From Chthoniobacteraceae bacterium (GTDB lineage: Bacteria > Verrucomicrobiota > Verrucomicrobiia > Chthoniobacterales > Chthoniobacteraceae), in assembly GCA_031409655.1 (NCBI GenBank), contig JANNXQ010000218.1:1-31010 (forward strand): a stretch of 31,010 nucleotides of DNA, given 5' to 3'. Position 1 is the stretch's first letter. Each line of letters opens with the position of its first letter. Below are positions 27,484-31,010 of the stretch, piece after piece. The position numbers and the translations under genes were made by a program. The notes under the pieces are model-generated. The model worked only from the letters and a program-made list of their open reading frames with translations, was not told the DNA's origin and did not search any database.

Positions 27484-28086
27484 ATGGAACTCGATCTCGA
27501 AGGTCAATATGCGGACCGCGCTTACCCCATCCTCGCGTCACTCGTGACGCCGCGACCGATCGCCTGGGTCACGACGATCAGCCCGGACGGCGCCGTGAAT
27601 GCCGCGCCCTTCAGTTTCTTCAATGTGCTTGGCGCCACGCCACCGATCGTCGGCTTCTGCCCGGGCGATCGCGACGATGGGATGCCGAAGGACACCGCGC
27701 GCAACATCCGGCTGAGCCACGACTTCGTCGTGAATCTCGTGGATGAAACGCTGGGCGAGGCAATGAATCGGACGGCGGCGTCGCTGCCTTACGGAGCGAG
27801 CGAACTCGAGCACGCGGGACTGACGACGCGCCCTTCCAGTGTGGTGCGTCCGCCGCGCATCGCCGAAGCGCCGGTGAGTCTGGAATGCACCGAATGGGGC
27901 ACGCTCCAAATCGGCGACAACCGGCTGGTGATCGGTCTGGTGAAGCGCGTGCATCTGCGCGACGAGCTCTTCGATCTCGAGACCCGCCGGGTGCGGAGCG
28001 AGCAGCTCCACCTCATCGGCCGCATGGCTTCACCGCACTGGTATTGCCGGACGCGCGATCGCTTTGAGATGCAGCGGCCGGAGTAG
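27484..28086 (+). CDS. Flavin reductase-like (DIM6/NTAB) family protein
   Basis: VTPRPIAWVTT, NAAPFSFFN, KDTARNI, FVVNLV and PPRIAEAPVSLEC motifs. Confidence 0.9.
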   Translation: MELDLEGQYADRAYPILASLVTPRPIAWVTTISPDGAVNAAPFSFFNVLGATPPIVGFCPGDRDDGMPKDTARNIRLSHDFVVNLVDETLGEAMNRTAASLPYGASELEHAGLTTRPSSVVRPPRIAEAPVSLECTEWGTLQIGDNRLVIGLVKRVHLRDELFDLETRRVRSEQLHLIGRMASPHWYCRTRDRFEMQRPE

Positions 28087-28139
28087 CGGCCGACATTTTC
28101 GCTGCCATCCGTCCCGCTTGCGGATAGCGTGTCGGCACG

Positions 28140-28415
28140 ATGAAAGTGAACGCCGAACCCGGCAGCGAATTCCAGCCGCTGATGGATGCCATCTTTCGGG
28201 AGAAGGTGCTCCGCGCGCGCCGGCAATCTCCCGAGGAGCGCTTCGTGACCGGCTTGGATATGTTTGAGGAAGGCATGGCCTGGATGCGCGATGGCGTGCG
28301 GATGGAACACCCGGACCTTTCCCCGGAAGAAGTGGACGCGCGCGTGGCGCAACGATTCGCCCGCATCCGCCAAATTCAGGAACACGGAATCTATCGTCCG
28401 GTGCCCGCGCCATGA
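28140..28415 (+). CDS. Small helical hypothetical protein, putative partner/antitoxin of the downstream nucleotidyltransferase
   Basis: 91-aa ORF (RARRQSPEERF...GVRMEHPDLSPEEV) whose stop overlaps the next start (ATGA). CTGCCA-N17-TAGCGT lies just upstream. Confidence 0.6.
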   Translation: MKVNAEPGSEFQPLMDAIFREKVLRARRQSPEERFVTGLDMFEEGMAWMRDGVRMEHPDLSPEEVDARVAQRFARIRQIQEHGIYRPVPAP

Positions 28416-28966
28416 ATTCGCGGGAGGCGGTCTGTGCGACGCTCAAGGCTCTGGCCGAAGCCGGGATCCCGCACATGCTGACGGGAGGCCTTGCGGTGAA
28501 CCTCTACACGCTTCCGCGGTTCACCAAAGACGCCGACATCGTCATCCAGATGGAGTCGGCTGCGTTCGATGACTTCGTGCGCCGCCTGCCCGCGGAGATC
28601 CATCTTGATCCGCAGATTACGTTCGAGACGATTACCGGATCGCGCCGGCATATCCTCATGCTCGAACGGAGCGAGTTTCGTATTGAGCTATTTCTGCTCG
28701 GCGACGATCCACACCACCGTGAACGTTTCTCCAGACGGCGGCAGCGCCAATTGCCGGACCTCGGCGTCGAGACCTGGGTGGCCGCGCCCGAAGACATGAT
28801 CGTCCAAAAGCTGCGCTGGAATCGGGAGCAGGATCGCATGGACGCGAAGAACATCATTGGCGTGCAGGGCAACGATCTCGACTGGCCCTACATCGAGTGC
28901 TGGTGCGACGTGCACGGCACCCGCGCGCGGCTCGAAGAAATTCGCGCGTCCATTCCGCCGATCTAG
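28412..28966 (+). CDS. Pol-beta-superfamily nucleotidyltransferase (DUF6036/AbiEii-like)
   Basis: [12 protein letters not shown] (GG motif), [11 protein letters not shown] (DxD), and C-terminal [10 protein letters not shown]...REQDRMDA. Confidence 0.75.
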   Translation: MNSREAVCATLKALAEAGIPHMLTGGLAVNLYTLPRFTKDADIVIQMESAAFDDFVRRLPAEIHLDPQITFETITGSRRHILMLERSEFRIELFLLGDDPHHRERFSRRRQRQLPDLGVETWVAAPEDMIVQKLRWNREQDRMDAKNIIGVQGNDLDWPYIECWCDVHGTRARLEEIRASIPPI

Positions 28967-28992
28967 AGGCGACGCGCTGCGGCTGCTGTCCG

Positions 28993-30510
28993 ATGAAAGT
29001 CATCCTCGCGCTCGATCAAGGCACCACCAGCTCCCGCGCCATCGTCTTCCGCCATGACGGGAGCATCGCGGCGATGGCGCAGCGGGAGGTCCGGCAGATC
29101 TATCCGCAGGCTGGCTGGGTGGAGCACGACGCGACTGAAATCTGGCAGACGCAACTCGAGGTGGCGCGGACGGCGCTGACGCAGGCAGGAGTGAAGGCGG
29201 CGGACGTCGCAGCGATCGGCATCACGAATCAGCGCGAGACCACGGTGCTGTGGGATCGAAAGACGGGCGAGCCGATCGGCCATGCGATCGTGTGGCAGGA
29301 TCGGCGCACGGCGAAATTTTGCGACGAGCTGAAAGCGGCGGGCCACGCGGAGACGATCCAGGAACGCACGGGGCTCGTGATCGACGCCTACTTCTCGGGG
29401 AGCAAAGTGCGCTGGATGCTCGATCACATCCCCGGTGCGCGCGAGCGAGCCGAGCGCGGGGAGCTGGCCTTTGGCACCATCGACTCGTGGCTGGTGTGGC
29501 AGCTCACCGGCGGCGTGCGGCACGTCACCGATCCCTCGAATGCCTCGCGCACGATGCTCTTCAATCTGCGCACCGGCGCGTGGGACGATGAATTGCTCGC
29601 GATCCTCGGCGTGCCGCGCTCGTTGCTGCCGGAAGTGTGCTCGTCGAGCGAAGTGTATGCGGAGACGGCGGCGGGAATCTTCGATGCGCCGATCAAGATC
29701 GCGGGGATCGCGGGCGATCAGCAGGCGGCGCTCTTCGGGCAGAATTGCTTCACCCGCGGGCTGGCCAAGAACACCTACGGCACCGGCTGCTTCATGCTCA
29801 TGAACATCGGCCCCGAGCCCCAAATCTCGCGGCACAAGCTGCTGACCACGGTCGCGTGGCAGCAGGGCGGGCAGACGGATTTCGCGCTCGAAGGCAGCGT
29901 CTTCATTGGCGGCGCGGTGGTGCAGTGGCTGCGTGATGGGCTCGGCATCATCAAGAACTCCGCGGAGGTCGAGCAGCTCGCCGCGACCGTGCCGGACTGC
30001 GGCGGCGTGTATCTCGTGCCCGCCTTTGCCGGTCTCGGTGCGCCGCATTGGGATCAATATGCGCGCGGCACCATCACCGGCCTGACGCGCGGAACGAACG
30101 CCGGCCACATCGCCCGCGCCGCGCTGGAAGGCATCGCTTTCCAAGTCGCCGACATCCTCGAAGTGATGAAGCAGGACAGCGGCATCGCGATGGATGGACT
30201 GCGCGTGGACGGCGGCGCGTGCGCGAACGATTTGCTCATGCAATTCCAAGCCGACCTTCTGCAAGTGCCGGTGGTGCGGCCAAAGGTCATCGAGACCACC
30301 GCGCTCGGGGCCGCCTATCTCGCCGGGCTCGCCGTGGGCTTCTGGCAGAGCCGCGAGGAAGTGTCGCGCGCCTGGCAGGTCGAGCGCACCTTCGAGCCCG
30401 CGATGAGCGCCGATGCCGCCGCGCATCGCCGCGCGCGCTGGAGGGAAGCGCTCCGGCGCGCCGGAGATTGGGAAGAGCACTCCACGCTCAAAGGAACGAC
30501 CGCGCTGTAA
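28993..30510 (+). CDS. glpK: Glycerol kinase
   Basis: [70 protein letters not shown] and RVDGGA motifs. Confidence 0.97.
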   Translation: MKVILALDQGTTSSRAIVFRHDGSIAAMAQREVRQIYPQAGWVEHDATEIWQTQLEVARTALTQAGVKAADVAAIGITNQRETTVLWDRKTGEPIGHAIVWQDRRTAKFCDELKAAGHAETIQERTGLVIDAYFSGSKVRWMLDHIPGARERAERGELAFGTIDSWLVWQLTGGVRHVTDPSNASRTMLFNLRTGAWDDELLAILGVPRSLLPEVCSSSEVYAETAAGIFDAPIKIAGIAGDQQAALFGQNCFTRGLAKNTYGTGCFMLMNIGPEPQISRHKLLTTVAWQQGGQTDFALEGSVFIGGAVVQWLRDGLGIIKNSAEVEQLAATVPDCGGVYLVPAFAGLGAPHWDQYARGTITGLTRGTNAGHIARAALEGIAFQVADILEVMKQDSGIAMDGLRVDGGACANDLLMQFQADLLQVPVVRPKVIETTALGAAYLAGLAVGFWQSREEVSRAWQVERTFEPAMSADAAAHRRARWREALRRAGDWEEHSTLKGTTAL

Positions 30511-30515
30511 ATCGC

Positions 30516-30626
30516 CAAAGTAGTCCCGGGCTTCAGCCCGTCAGGCGCTGTCCCGCCGCGCGACGCCGGACAACCCAAAGCTCGCGACGACGCTGGCGCG
30601 CAAAGTAGTCTCAGGGCTTCAGCCCG
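30516..30626 (+). repeat. Two direct copies of a GTAG-type REP-like palindrome
   Basis: CAAAGTAGTCCCGGGCTTCAGCCCG (30516-30540) and CAAAGTAGTCTCAGGGCTTCAGCCCG (30601-30626), each a GTAG followed by a GGGCT-TC-AGCCC hairpin. Confidence 0.7.
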
Positions 30627-30683
30627 TGGAACGGTCGGTGCAGATCGAGCGCGTCCATCGGATGCCACGCCGGACGAGCTAAC

Positions 30684-30703
30684 CCGGTGGCTGACGCCAC
30701 CGG
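30684..30703. repeat. Perfect 8-bp hairpin, REP-like
   Basis: CCGGTGGC-TGAC-GCCACCGG. Confidence 0.6.
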
Positions 30704-30881
30704 CTAATTTCCATCGTACCTCCGGGACCCCGCGCGCCTCCCGCATGGCACCACATTTCGTCACACCTCCTCGAAACGCTCAGAGGACAGGGAGGAGGGT
30801 CCGTATTTTTTCACGAGATGGCATAAGAGGCACGGTACCTGGAATGACGGGCTGGGAAACAAGCAGAGCCAGTCCGACTTG

Positions 30882-30993
30882 GGTGGACGGCGTCGCTCCG
30901 CGCGCCATGGGTTACCCACGCCGAAGGCCCATCTTTGAGAGTGGCGCTGTCGCGCGTGGATTTGGCATGGCGCGCGGAGCGACGCCATCCACC
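30882..30993. repeat. 28-bp inverted repeat pair (REPIN/MITE-like)
   Basis: GGTGGACGGCGTCGCTCCGCGCGCCATG (30882-30909) and CATGGCGCGCGGAGCGACGCCATCCACC (30966-30993): 27/28 complementary with a 56-bp spacer. Confidence 0.75.
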
Positions 30994-31010
30994 TAGGCGG
31001 CTGCTTTTCC

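Noticed and set aside
30516..30626. CRISPR array
   Set aside because: Only two imperfect copies with a 60-bp gap and no cas genes; better explained as REPs.

Overview
A 31-kb bacterial chromosomal segment, most likely from a Verrucomicrobiota (Chthoniobacterales-like) genome. This is inferred from the TGS-less ThrRS, the exosortase-EpsI fusion and the LE[AP]RIAPA-led Gly-rich proteins, and was not verified by search. From left to right: (1) a visibly lower-GC minus-strand exopolysaccharide/exosortase locus (exosortase-EpsI, outer-membrane beta-barrel, Wza-like, Wzc, and a 3'-truncated Wzm); (2) a divergent signalling cluster of a multi-PAS HisKA_3 kinase, a sensor-less paralogous kinase and a NarL-type regulator; (3) thiE, an O-antigen-ligase-like gene and thrS carrying a ~90-aa low-GC insertion; (4) two Gly-rich repeat proteins plus an internally deleted third copy; (5) a tight four-gene minus-strand operon encoding a deoxyribohydrolase-like/TPR/SLOG protein, a patatin phospholipase, a cytoplasmic thermolysin-like metallopeptidase and a ComEC-type MBL hydrolase; (6) a flavin reductase, a small-protein/nucleotidyltransferase pair, glpK and REP/REPIN-like palindromes. 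The four-gene operon is the best candidate for an undescribed anti-phage or conflict system.
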